The notes: generated by a model not told the origin, from the letters alone. A stretch of DNA of 38,007 bases from Patescibacteria group bacterium (GCA_041747555.1 JBGTEY010000011.1:184274-222280), one strand, 5' to 3'. Counted from the first letter of the stretch, positions 11,411 to 20,760 are shown. Numbers and translations: made by a program.

Positions 11411-11452
11411 TTATCTAAGGAGTGATCGTGAGTGTGCGGGTGCGGTATTCAC
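11411..11452 (-). CDS. Putative leuS leader peptide MNTAPAHSRSLLR
   Basis: Codons GTG AAT ACC GCA CCC GCA CAC TCA CGA TCA CTC CTT AGA TAA. The tandem Leu codons overlap the CACTCC segment that can pair with a downstream GGAGTG. Confidence 0.65.
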   Translation of the reverse strand: MNTAPAHSRSLLR

Positions 11453-11458
11453 TCAGCT

Positions 11459-11467
11459 AGTATAACA
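11459..11467 (-). promoter_or_regulatory. Extended -10 promoter element (TGtTATACT) for the leuS leader
   Basis: TG-n-TATACT ends 6 nt upstream of the leader GTG. Confidence 0.6.
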
Positions 11468-12013
11468 CGACTGATGTGAAACTTCTTGCGCTGCAAAAAA
11501 CCAGAATCAGACCCATAAACGACAATACACCGAATAGAATGCGGTTTTAGCGCTTCTAGCGTAGGTTTTTATCCCCTCCAACCGAGCTGTCACTGACAAC
11601 CTTCGACTGCCAGCTCCAGGCGAAAAGAAATAATGCCTGAAATAATTTTATTGCTGCCTCGCGCCCACTAAATCGTGTCGATTTATTACCAATGAATACT
11701 TAGTGCTTTTAACAACTACCAGATAAGAAGCACTTAAAAGCTCCTATTTAAAGCTAGTTGAACCCTCTTGTGTCACCAACGCCTTTCGCTCAATACTTGA
11801 TGACCTCTTTAATGCTATTTATAGGTAATGCCTATAATACTGCAGTGCTATGACAACATACGCGCAATAATTATACAAATATCCATAGAGAATTTCACCA
11901 AACGTAAGTAACTATATAACTGGAATTGCACAAAAAAGAGATATAGGATACGAGAAAGCACACTTAGTAATAATTAACGCACAATAACAAGTATAATTAT
12001 ATGCGATAATATA

Positions 12014-12075
12014 CGGTAATACATTACCGCATATTTACCGATTATTTACCGCATTCTCAAGTAAAAATATTACCG
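12014..12075. repeat. Palindrome plus phased TTACCG direct repeats in an intergenic region
   Basis: CGGTAAT-AC-ATTACCG at 12014-12029, and TTACCG at 12024, 12035, 12046 (11-nt period) and 12070. Confidence 0.75.
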
Positions 12076-12214
12076 CATTATTACTTCAATGGTATTACTA
12101 GATCATAATCACTAATTTCACAGTGCACTCTATCTCCCAAATCTGATACCCGAAAATAGAGTGTTTCTGCACGCTCGTCCACAATGATCGCTGCTGCAGC
12201 ACCCTCCCATGCGC

Positions 12215-12979
12215 TCACTCCACTTGAGAAAAACCACGCTGCACCAGGTGTTGCAGCCCACCTAATGTTGCGCGTGGGTGCGGACAGTCATTAATAAACT
12301 GAGGAGTTATACCGCAATCAACGCCCAAGACTTCCCAAAAACGATCAAACACCAAAGGGATCTGCATTTTTTCACGCTGCGTCAATCTGACTCCTCGTTT
12401 TAAAGTGCCTAGCAATCTTTCTATCTCTTTGCTAACTCCAGAGTAAGCAGTAGTTATTGATTCAAGCTCAAATGAACGAATTATCCACTCAGTTTCTCCT
12501 CCCATCTCCCATGATGAAATCCTTTGAATTTGAATTGAATCTTGATATCCGTTTTTACACCACTTGATGAAATCGTCAGATGACAGTTCTGGTAATAAAT
12601 ACACACCACGAGCAATAGCATGTGCGCCCTTCTGATTCAGCATTGAGCGCAATAATCTAAAGTCTCTATCGTGGCTAGGACCAGCAAGAAACACAACTTG
12701 AAGCCACTTCCCCTGCCACTGATCAGGATCAAAATCCAAAGCCGGAAATAAACGGCTGACAAGCTCGCTACCGCGACTCGTAAGGTAGTACTGCTGCCCT
12801 CCTTCAAGTGAGAGGTTTTTCACCAAGCCCTTGTCGATCAAACGGTACAAGGCTGATCTTAAGCCCGCTACGGTCAGCTCTGGTAAGAACACGCCCACCT
12901 GAGCTTGCGTCAGTGTCAAAGTTGCGTGTGATGAGGGTGGGTACATGCTCACCAGTAGTTTTTGAGTATTTGATTTCAT
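12215..12979 (-). CDS. PaaX-family transcriptional regulator-like protein
   Basis: A winged HTH (LRSALYRLIDKGLV...YYLTSRG) is followed by WQGKWLQVVF...LRSMLNQKG...GVYLLP, the PaaX central domain pattern. ATG 12979 follows an aaggtg SD; the ORF track start is 13006. Confidence 0.8.
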   Translation of the reverse strand: MKSNTQKLLVSMYPPSSHATLTLTQAQVGVFLPELTVAGLRSALYRLIDKGLVKNLSLEGGQQYYLTSRGSELVSRLFPALDFDPDQWQGKWLQVVFLAGPSHDRDFRLLRSMLNQKGAHAIARGVYLLPELSSDDFIKWCKNGYQDSIQIQRISSWEMGGETEWIIRSFELESITTAYSGVSKEIERLLGTLKRGVRLTQREKMQIPLVFDRFWEVLGVDCGITPQFINDCPHPRATLGGLQHLVQRGFSQVE

Positions 12980-13194
12980 TCGCACCTTATATTTTATTTG
13001 TTGCATTTAATAACTATAATTATATTGAGGAAACTATTTATTAACGCAAGTTAAAATCGAGTTATATCTTTATTTTCATAATGTGCAATAATAATAACTG
13101 TAGCAAAATAGTGGTTTCATTTCTGGTTATACACATTTTTATCAACCGAAATGCATATTTTTGTCCTCTTCTAATTTAAGTGACCAGTTTTTTA

Positions 13195-13211
13195 TACTCC
13201 ACTGTCGAGTA
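13195..13211. promoter_or_regulatory. Imperfect palindrome, candidate operator upstream of the PaaX-like gene
   Basis: TACTCCACTGTCGAGTA has 7 of 8 symmetric pairs and lies in an AT-rich intergenic region. Confidence 0.4.
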
Positions 13212-13616
13212 CAATTTGTTCTTACAGTTATATTTTTCATTACAGTAATTAATACACTCATTAATGAAACAAATCAACACGAAAACTAAGTTATCAACAC
13301 CCTGCCTGGAGTAATTCACAGACATCTCATAGCATGCTATCGGAAAAAAGTGCTCAGCCTGGTGATGCAGATGTGAAATTAATGAAAGTTGATGGGTTTG
13401 AAAATATGCACGCAAAAAAGTGCACTATGCTTAAGTACACATACACCTTTTTATAAAAATGAGAATTCAAAAAATTTTGCTCAATGAGAGCAGATAAGCG
13501 TAGCAATCGTCCACACATCTTTCACTACACCCACCTCCATCATCCATTTAATTTGCAAGACGATTTTTAATAACCTTTAGGTAAGTGTGGGAAGAATTTG
13601 CAAAGTACAAAAATAT

Positions 13617-14261
13617 CTACTCCATCCATTGCTCAACAATGGCAAACACTTTTTCAGCAATCAATCTGTATCCGCTTTGATTTGGGTGAAGTCCGTCGTC
13701 GTAGATATACTTTTCTTTCCACTCAGCTTCAGTGACTCCGACTTCTACAAATGGAATGCTCCGGTCTTCTGCCAATTTCTTAAACTGCGCTTCAAACATT
13801 CGCTTCCTCGTATTTTTGAAGTATGAGTTTCTACCGGCGAGCGGGCTTGGCTTTGGATTTGTTTTTGATTCATCGTAATAACCACTGCCAACCGCAATGA
13901 CGTGATTGCTCTTGTCTTTTAGAAAATCTAGCAGTTTCGATATTTCTTCGGAAAAATCTTCAATGGTCGACACAAAATTATCAGGAGTCCCCTCAGCTTT
14001 GGCATTATTGCCGCCGACGTAGATTGCTGTAATAATCTTGCCGCCCCTACTATAATTCTTAAGTTGTTCGGGAAATGTTCTGGTTACAAACTCCACAGTA
14101 GCTCCTGATTTCGCAAAGTTAAAGACTTCGAATTGCTCACCAATACCGTTACTCCCGTACATTTTATGGTGAATCAGCTGTTTGAGTATGTCGCCCCAAC
14201 CACCGACTTCACTCCCCACCCCATATACAGAACTTGAACCAAGAGTAAATATTTGAGTCAT
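13617..14261 (-). CDS. SGNH/GDSL-family hydrolase
   Basis: Block I LGSSSVYG, block III VGGNN and block V DDGLHPNQSGY. Confidence 0.88.
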   Translation of the reverse strand: MTQIFTLGSSSVYGVGSEVGGWGDILKQLIHHKMYGSNGIGEQFEVFNFAKSGATVEFVTRTFPEQLKNYSRGGKIITAIYVGGNNAKAEGTPDNFVSTIEDFSEEISKLLDFLKDKSNHVIAVGSGYYDESKTNPKPSPLAGRNSYFKNTRKRMFEAQFKKLAEDRSIPFVEVGVTEAEWKEKYIYDDGLHPNQSGYRLIAEKVFAIVEQWME

Positions 14262-14306
14262 AGTGATTTTACCACTCTACATGCGAGTCGCACTCATGCC
14301 ACCGTC

Positions 14307-14756
14307 TCAATCCTCACAAACATAATATGCACCAGGAATGGGCGTAGAAACATCACAGCGTGAAACTGTGTCGGCGATGTCTGAATCAGAAACGTTCTCT
14401 AGAATAACCCAGAGCAAGAATCCGTCGCCGCCGCTCGTTTGCTGATATCCATCATATTGCGGCACTTCCCTGATATAGACGGTTGATCCACCACCAGTAA
14501 ATGCTGACCCAACCGGAAAAGAAGCGCTTGAAGCTGGGTATATTTGATTATCATTGTTGTATAGGCTGAGAGCCGTCTTCATCTGTCGCATGTCATTCTT
14601 GAGGCTCGTATCTGACGCTCGACCACGAACGCCGACTAAGTTTGCTAAAAGTAATGCCGCCAAGACCCCAATAATTGAGATTACCACCAGTAGTTCAATC
14701 AATGAAAAACCACTCTTCCTAGATTTTCCTGAGTTATGCATTTTAAATCCAAACAT
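14307..14756 (-). CDS. Type IV pilin / GspG-like prepilin
   Basis: Prepilin cleavage motif GFSLIELLVVISIIGVLA, then RASDTSLKNDMRQMKTALSLY. ATG 14756 has an aggggg SD. Confidence 0.9.
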   Translation of the reverse strand: MFGFKMHNSGKSRKSGFSLIELLVVISIIGVLAALLLANLVGVRGRASDTSLKNDMRQMKTALSLYNNDNQIYPASSASFPVGSAFTGGGSTVYIREVPQYDGYQQTSGGDGFLLWVILENVSDSDIADTVSRCDVSTPIPGAYYVCED

Positions 14757-14777
14757 ATTTATCCCCCTAATCACCAC

Positions 14778-15317
14778 CTAATCATCTGTCGTACCAGCTA
14801 GAGTACTATTTGTACTTGCTACTCCATAGTTGCATGTCGTAGAGCCACATTGAGTCCCAGTATAATGTTGAGGATCTCCAGATCCGCTTGTGGGCACAGC
14901 TCTATCTAATTCATTTTCTAGTCGTGCATAAATTTGGTACTCATTTGTGGTACTAGTATAATAGTAGTCCTGCTCTGAAGGATCTTCTGGCAGCTCAACC
15001 ATATATACCGTACCGTTTCCATCAATAAATCCCGATCCCCAATTACATGCCGAACCACCCGCGCAGCCTTGAATTTCGCCAGCACTTGAACTTGAGGGGT
15101 ATTCCTTGTAATCATTGTAATACAACTCGAGTGCGGTAGTAATATTTCTCAAATCAGATTTTCGCTGTGCATCTCTACTTTTCTCTTGGGAGGACATAAA
15201 ACTGCCTAAGCCAATCGTTGCCAAAATACCAAGAATCGCAATCACCACCAACAATTCAATGAGGGTGAATCCAGCCTTACTTACTCGATATGGTTGTTTC
15301 TGATCTCTCTGATTCAT
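14778..15317 (-). CDS. Type IV pilin / GspG-like prepilin
   Basis: GFTLIELLVVIAILGILA...SRDAQRKSDLRNITTALELYYND...YP, with C-terminal Cys pairs. Confidence 0.92.
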   Translation of the reverse strand: MNQRDQKQPYRVSKAGFTLIELLVVIAILGILATIGLGSFMSSQEKSRDAQRKSDLRNITTALELYYNDYKEYPSSSSAGEIQGCAGGSACNWGSGFIDGNGTVYMVELPEDPSEQDYYYTSTTNEYQIYARLENELDRAVPTSGSGDPQHYTGTQCGSTTCNYGVASTNSTLAGTTDD

Positions 15318-15439
15318 CAAGAGGTTCGCATTCCTTTTTGAACTTTTTTTAATGTAGTGTATTTATACTATATATAGTGGGTGATAAACGAGTGACAATT
15401 TCATCATCTTGCCACACTGCGTAAATCAACACTCACATC

Positions 15440-16000
15440 TCAATTGTATACAATCGGCACACCTACAGAAATGCCGTAATTGTAGTCAGCTGCATTCGAT
15501 CCCCCCAACGCTGCGGGCACATTGCAGCCTACTCCACATGATTTTTCTATATCGGGATCGGTAGCACGCTCTAATATAGTATAAATCCGATACCCTCCAG
15601 AGCGATCTGCGCTACTTGGGTAAGGCGCATAGACGTATGGCACCACTGTATTGGGGTCGCACGGAACTGTAGCCATGTAAGGTTTTAATGCTTCAGAATC
15701 ACAGTTTTGTAAGATGTCTTGAGGTGGATACTCGCCAACATCATTATAGTAATTCTCAAATGCGGTGCGCAGGTCATGGAGATCACTCTTTCTCTGACCA
15801 TCTCGAGCAGACGCGAGTTGCGATTGAATAAACCGCATACCGATCATTGATACTAATATCAATATTGTCACCGCCACCAACACCTCAATTAAAGAAAAGC
15901 CGGTCAATGACCGCTGCTCAATCAAATTGCTCTGCCTAGGAAAATATCGTTGCATATCGCGCTCAAAGTGCTGTTTTCGCATTCTTTTATAGTACTCCAT
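15440..16000 (-). CDS. Type IV pilin / GspG-like prepilin
   Basis: GFSLIEVLVAVTILILVS...ARDGQRKSDLHDLRTAFENYYND...YP and VPCDP. The exact start is uncertain. Confidence 0.9.
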   Translation of the reverse strand: MEYYKRMRKQHFERDMQRYFPRQSNLIEQRSLTGFSLIEVLVAVTILILVSMIGMRFIQSQLASARDGQRKSDLHDLRTAFENYYNDVGEYPPQDILQNCDSEALKPYMATVPCDPNTVVPYVYAPYPSSADRSGGYRIYTILERATDPDIEKSCGVGCNVPAALGGSNAADYNYGISVGVPIVYN

Positions 16001-16064
16001 CAGCGAGCACTCGAAAAGTCACACTTGCGCACTACCCACTTACTTGATTAAATAGGGAAACCGT

Positions 16065-18224
16065 ATGTTTAAAAAATTCACCCCAATTCAGTCAGCAAGT
16101 ATTGTCACGCTCCTCGCAGGTGCAACTGCTATACTTTTTGGGGCACTGCCATTGACTGATAATTTTGTGTTTCATACAAAAGCACTTGCACTATTTATTA
16201 CCACTCTCGTTTTAGTTGTACTTTTTCTCGTACGCTCCTTCATGCGTGGTTCATATACATTGACGATGAGTCCTTTGACTCCAGCACTTGGTCTGATGGG
16301 TGTCCTCGTGACAGCATCCACTTTCTTGGCAAACCCCTACCCCGTTGACTCACTCCTTGGGTACGGAGGTGTATATTTGTCAGTTATTTTTCTGGCATTG
16401 ATTGGCGGCAGCTTACTTCCTCAGCTCAAAGCAAAGTCAGGATTTAGAACATTCACTATTTTGGCTATGATTTTGACGGTGACACTACTTACTCAGCTCG
16501 TTGGTTTTGGACCAGCAACGATGATCAACGCCTTATTCTCAGTCAATCTTCCAACAGACCTTGCATTTAGCATTACTGGATCAACATTCATCTCACTCCA
16601 GGTTATTGTCGTCGCACTAGTAGGTAATGCCGCACATGTTTTCTTGCAAAAAAGAAGAGATGCATTTTCACTTACTGCGGTTGCGACTCTTATTGTAGGT
16701 GTGCTCGTTGGTGGTTGGGCAATCATGCCAGGCAATCCAGGCGCACTTCAGTTTCCGAATATCCAAACCAGCTGGAACGTCGCCCTTGATAGTTTAGAAA
16801 CACCTCGAGCGGCATTAATTGGTCGTGGTCCCGATAGTTACGGAACAACCTATGACCGTTTCAAACCAGCGCAAGTGAACGCAACTGAGGTCTGGAACCT
16901 CCAATATACACAAGGTTCAAACACTCCCCTAACCATGGTCGTCACAATTGGCCTCCTCGGCTTCCTCAGTTGGTTATTCATCGCTTTTAAATTCTTTCAA
17001 ATGTTTGCAAAAAGCACTGAGGGCACCAAACCACTCGGCTATCTTGTTGCCTCAACATTTGTTCTTCAGTTGTTAGTCCCACCAAATATCGTGATGCTCA
17101 GTTTGCAAGCTTTGCTTCTCGCGCTCTACATTGCTGCAGAGAAAAAACACTACCCCATCCTCAAGATTCAAGCATTTGCCGCACAAATTGTTAAAAAAAT
17201 CAGCTCCGTCGGCAGCAATCAACGAGAAGGCAAGCATCTCCTCTATGTTACCTTCGTGCTCGGTATGCTACTTGTCGGTGCCGCTCTCTATGGTGTTGGT
17301 CGGGCATATGTTGCAGAAGTCTACATGATGCAATCATCATACGCAGCACAAAGAAATGACGCGCGTGCGGTGTATGAACTTCAACAGAAAGCAATTATGT
17401 TGAATCAATACAACGATGTATTTAGAAGACGCTATGGACAAACAAATTTACTCATTGCTCAGGCACTCACCGCCCAAGTTCAAGATTCTACCCAGCTTTC
17501 TGAAGAAGATAAGGCACAAATCACCAGACTAATTCTTCAGGCTGTCCGCGAAGCTCGAAGTGCAACCGTACTTAACCCAGCAGATAGCGCCAACTGGCTC
17601 GCTCTGGCTCGAGTGTACGAAGCTCTCATTCCTCTCTCTGAAGATGCGGGTAATTTAAGTGTTCAATCTTACTTGGCTGCAGTTCGCACCAATCCACTTA
17701 ATCCAACACTTCGAATTGGCCTAAGCAACCTTTTAGCAAGCCAAGAGGCATATCCGCAAGCCCTTGAAGTATTGAACCAAACCGCAGCCATAAAACCAGA
17801 CTTTGTTCCTACTCACTTTGCGCGAGCGCAGGTTTTACAAGAACTCGGCAATTATCAGGCTGCCAAAGAGTCATACCAAGTTGTTTTACAATTACTTGAT
17901 GCCGATGCTCCAGAAGGTGATCGAGTTGAAGTTGAGTCTCGAATTCGAGCTCTAGACGAGCTTATTGCTTCTGGTGAAATTCCAGATGATGAAGATGATG
18001 AGGAGGCTGCAGAAGATCCAGCAATTGAGGAAAGTGACATCGTTCCTTCACTCCTCACAGAAACACTAGAAGACGAATCAACAGTGGTTAGCGATCCATC
18101 TAACGAACCACTCGATTTACCAGGAGAGGGAGATGAGGAAGCAGAAGCCGACGACACCTCAGATCAGACAGCTCCAGGCAGCCCGACAGCAAGTCCAGTC
18201 GCCTCACCAACGCCTACTCCGTAA
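16065..18224 (+). CDS. Polytopic membrane protein, O-antigen ligase (Wzy_C/WaaL)-like, with C-terminal TPRs and an acidic tail
   Basis: Many TM segments and a loop LIGRGPDSY...TQGSNTPLTMVVTIGLLG resembling the GxG...HNxxLxxxxExGxxG motif. TPR-like repeats (LNPADSANWLALARVY, NPLNPTLRIGLS, IKPDFVPTHFARAQVL) precede a D/E-rich tail. Confidence 0.7.
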   Translation: MFKKFTPIQSASIVTLLAGATAILFGALPLTDNFVFHTKALALFITTLVLVVLFLVRSFMRGSYTLTMSPLTPALGLMGVLVTASTFLANPYPVDSLLGYGGVYLSVIFLALIGGSLLPQLKAKSGFRTFTILAMILTVTLLTQLVGFGPATMINALFSVNLPTDLAFSITGSTFISLQVIVVALVGNAAHVFLQKRRDAFSLTAVATLIVGVLVGGWAIMPGNPGALQFPNIQTSWNVALDSLETPRAALIGRGPDSYGTTYDRFKPAQVNATEVWNLQYTQGSNTPLTMVVTIGLLGFLSWLFIAFKFFQMFAKSTEGTKPLGYLVASTFVLQLLVPPNIVMLSLQALLLALYIAAEKKHYPILKIQAFAAQIVKKISSVGSNQREGKHLLYVTFVLGMLLVGAALYGVGRAYVAEVYMMQSSYAAQRNDARAVYELQQKAIMLNQYNDVFRRRYGQTNLLIAQALTAQVQDSTQLSEEDKAQITRLILQAVREARSATVLNPADSANWLALARVYEALIPLSEDAGNLSVQSYLAAVRTNPLNPTLRIGLSNLLASQEAYPQALEVLNQTAAIKPDFVPTHFARAQVLQELGNYQAAKESYQVVLQLLDADAPEGDRVEVESRIRALDELIASGEIPDDEDDEEAAEDPAIEESDIVPSLLTETLEDESTVVSDPSNEPLDLPGEGDEEAEADDTSDQTAPGSPTASPVASPTPTP

Positions 18225-18251
18225 ATAATTGATTGATTGAATTTTACTAGA

Positions 18252-19568
18252 TTACTCTGTTGTCGAGTCTATAGCGGTGACAACATCTTCATCTGAAGAT
18301 TCTGAAGGCGCATCTGGCCTAGAAACAATTTCCCTAATTTCTTGCTTGATTGAATCTAGGCCAATTTTGGTGGCTCCGCTAAAGGTGAGAAGCTCTACAC
18401 CTTTTTCTTTAAAGAAAGCCTTCACAGCAACGGTCAATTCCTCTGGATACATATCTATTTTATTCAAACTTACGAGCACTTCTTTTTCTACCAAATCGTG
18501 AGAATGACTCATGACTTCAGTGCGTAAGTCTTGGTATTGTTGCCAAAGCTGTTCAGCCAATTCTTCATGAGTTGCATCACCTTCAAAAACCGCACTCTCC
18601 TCAAGAAATAAAACGTACAGCAGCGCCGCACAGTGCTCAACGTGCCGCAAAAACTCATGACCCAAGCCCTTGCCTTCACTCGCGCCATGGATCAGACCAG
18701 GAATATCTGCTATCACCACTTCGTCTCGAGTATTTTCGGTCAATTGCATAATTCCCAAGTGAGGCTCGATGGTAGTAAATGGATATGCCGCAACTTTAGG
18801 CCGTGCATTGGTTACAACACTCAGCAAAGTGCTCTTCCCAGCATTTGGAAAACCGACCAAACCAATGTCAGCCAGCAATCGAAGCTCAAAGAGCACAAAT
18901 CTTCTCTCTGGAGGTGTGCCATACTCAGCTATGACTGGCGTCGTTCTATCAGGGGCTTTGAACGACTCATTTCCCCTGCCACTAAATCCACCTTGGGCAA
19001 GAATGACTTCTTCGCCATCCTCCGTGATTTCAAAGCTATCAAGGGTTGCTCGATGCTCTCTAAGGATTGCACTTGCTCTCATGCGAGATAGTTCATCAAA
19101 ATCCTGCTCAGAAATTTCTGCGCCTTTGGGAGAAAGCCATGTAGTGTCGGTTGGTGCTTTAGGGCTGACACGACCATTCTTTTCTCGCTCGTAAATAATT
19201 TGTTCGACGTCACTAGGACGTAATTTTTCGAGCCAACCAAGTCGAGTTCTGCGCTTATGGGCAATTTTATTCTCTGCCACGAGCCAAACTCGAGTGCCAA
19301 GTGGGACTTCAAGCACATTCGAAGCACCTAATTTGCCAATTTTCTTTTTTGGGCCACCGTATTGGCCGTCTTCTGCCACAAAATTATCTCGACCTGCATA
19401 CAAGTGCAGAGTCGCAAGCGCAGAATTACCACGAACGATAATATCGCCGCCATTTCCACCGCGACCACCATCGGGTCCACCTTTAGGTACATATTTTTCC
19501 CTGCGGAATGAAACACGTCCGTCACCACCTTTGCCCGCTGTTACCAGTAATTTTGCTAAATCTGTCAT
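18252..19568 (-). CDS. obgE: GTPase Obg/CgtA
   Basis: Gly-rich Obg fold (GKGGDGRVSFRREKYVPKGGPDGGRGGNGG), G1 GFPNAGKST, YPFTT, G3 DIPG and G4 NKID. Confidence 0.96.
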   Translation of the reverse strand: MTDLAKLLVTAGKGGDGRVSFRREKYVPKGGPDGGRGGNGGDIIVRGNSALATLHLYAGRDNFVAEDGQYGGPKKKIGKLGASNVLEVPLGTRVWLVAENKIAHKRRTRLGWLEKLRPSDVEQIIYEREKNGRVSPKAPTDTTWLSPKGAEISEQDFDELSRMRASAILREHRATLDSFEITEDGEEVILAQGGFSGRGNESFKAPDRTTPVIAEYGTPPERRFVLFELRLLADIGLVGFPNAGKSTLLSVVTNARPKVAAYPFTTIEPHLGIMQLTENTRDEVVIADIPGLIHGASEGKGLGHEFLRHVEHCAALLYVLFLEESAVFEGDATHEELAEQLWQQYQDLRTEVMSHSHDLVEKEVLVSLNKIDMYPEELTVAVKAFFKEKGVELLTFSGATKIGLDSIKQEIREIVSRPDAPSESSDEDVVTAIDSTTE

Positions 19569-19623
19569 ATTATTTCCCTACGCGCATTGTAGCGTACTTA
19601 TCTTTAAATATTCTCTCAAAAAT

Positions 19624-20751
19624 TTATTGGAGATAATCGAGTGGATTAAGGAGCACTCCACCTCTTCTGATCTCAAAATGCAAATGGGTGCCCGTAGAAC
19701 GCCCAGTACTTCCCATTTGTCCCAAGACAGCACCTCTTCCAACACTCTGACCTACCGAAACTTGTAACACGCTCATGTGTGCATACAGCGTTACAAATCC
19801 ATTCCCATGATCGATCATTACCCGATTTCCATACCCAGAGGAGTCAGGCCACCCAGAGACAACCACCGTGCCACTATCTGCTGCCAAAATCGGTCCACCC
19901 GCTCTGTTAGAAATATCAACCGCCTTATGAAAAAATTGATAGTACTGGGAAATTCCACCAGATGCCGGCCAGACAAAACTGCCCGATCCGGTAACGTCGC
20001 CACCAGCAATTGCGGGTGTTGGCGCAAATCTTGCGGTTGGTCGCTGCGGTGCTGGCTCCTGCGGTGGTACTCCACCAGGCACCATGATTGGTTGGCCAGT
20101 TGCTAATTCAAACGTCTCGTCATTCAAGAAGTCATTAAATGGATAGTCAACAATAACCTGCGCCTGAGAATCATCAAGACCATACTTTTTGGCCACCGAA
20201 AAAATCGTTTCACCCCGAGAAACAGTGTGCCGCAACCCATCAACCGGCAAAATCCGCAACGTTTGTCCCGGCGCCAGCGTGTCTTTTTCGGTAATATCAT
20301 TTTCCCAAAGAATTGTGGTCACATCTAGGTTGTATCGACTCGCAATACTCGAGAGCGTTTCGCCATCACTCACTACATGAGAAATAATTTCTCCCCCTCG
20401 AATTTGTTGCAAATCCTCTGCCTGCTGTGTGTAAAAACTATACCCATACGCCGAGGAAGTCAGCAAACTCGCTCCCCCAGTCGAGGCATCGAGCTCATCG
20501 GGTTGATTAAATAACAACGGACCAAAGGTAATCACAAAAAAAGTAATGCCAATTGTCCCAAAATGTAAAAATGGCCTGACATACTTACCGCGTTTTTGAT
20601 ACAAAATGTCGACAATTATGTCTTTAATCAATTCAAATCGAGAGAACCACCCATACAGGCGAGATCGCACATATGACCGCAAAAAAGATAAAAACGCACC
20701 AACGTCTACCAGTACTTGTGGAATCTGAATTCGAACGGGCTGTTTTGACAT
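19624..20751 (-). CDS. LysM-domain M23 family peptidase
   Basis: TM helix, two LysM domains (HVVSDGETLSSIASRY, HTVSRGETIFSVAKKY), and M23 motifs HKAVD, TLYAHM and STGTHLHFE. Confidence 0.93.
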   Translation of the reverse strand: MSKQPVRIQIPQVLVDVGAFLSFLRSYVRSRLYGWFSRFELIKDIIVDILYQKRGKYVRPFLHFGTIGITFFVITFGPLLFNQPDELDASTGGASLLTSSAYGYSFYTQQAEDLQQIRGGEIISHVVSDGETLSSIASRYNLDVTTILWENDITEKDTLAPGQTLRILPVDGLRHTVSRGETIFSVAKKYGLDDSQAQVIVDYPFNDFLNDETFELATGQPIMVPGGVPPQEPAPQRPTARFAPTPAIAGGDVTGSGSFVWPASGGISQYYQFFHKAVDISNRAGGPILAADSGTVVVSGWPDSSGYGNRVMIDHGNGFVTLYAHMSVLQVSVGQSVGRGAVLGQMGSTGRSTGTHLHFEIRRGGVLLNPLDYLQ

Positions 20752-20760
20752 GATGTTGCT

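Noticed and set aside
11299-11470. T-box riboswitch upstream of leuS
   Set aside because: No T-box consensus (AAnnnGGGTGGnACC) was found, and the leader is too short for stem I. A leader-peptide model fits better.
12014-13006. CRISPR-Cas interpretation of the PaaX/Cas2-like domain and the nearby short repeats
   Set aside because: The repeats are 6-7 nt with no spacer structure, and there is no cas1 or other cas gene.
13004-13036. Possible dif site (atttaataactataattatattgaggaaact)
   Set aside because: It resembles XerC/D arms only loosely, and the arm spacing does not fit the 11-6-11 layout.
13176-13415. 79-aa minus-strand ORF in the AT-rich gap
   Set aside because: It has a non-ATG start, no recognisable motif and non-coding-like composition, and it overlaps candidate regulatory sites.
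19044-19271. Intein in ObgE
   Set aside because: No intein terminal residues or endonuclease motifs are present, and the insert is short.
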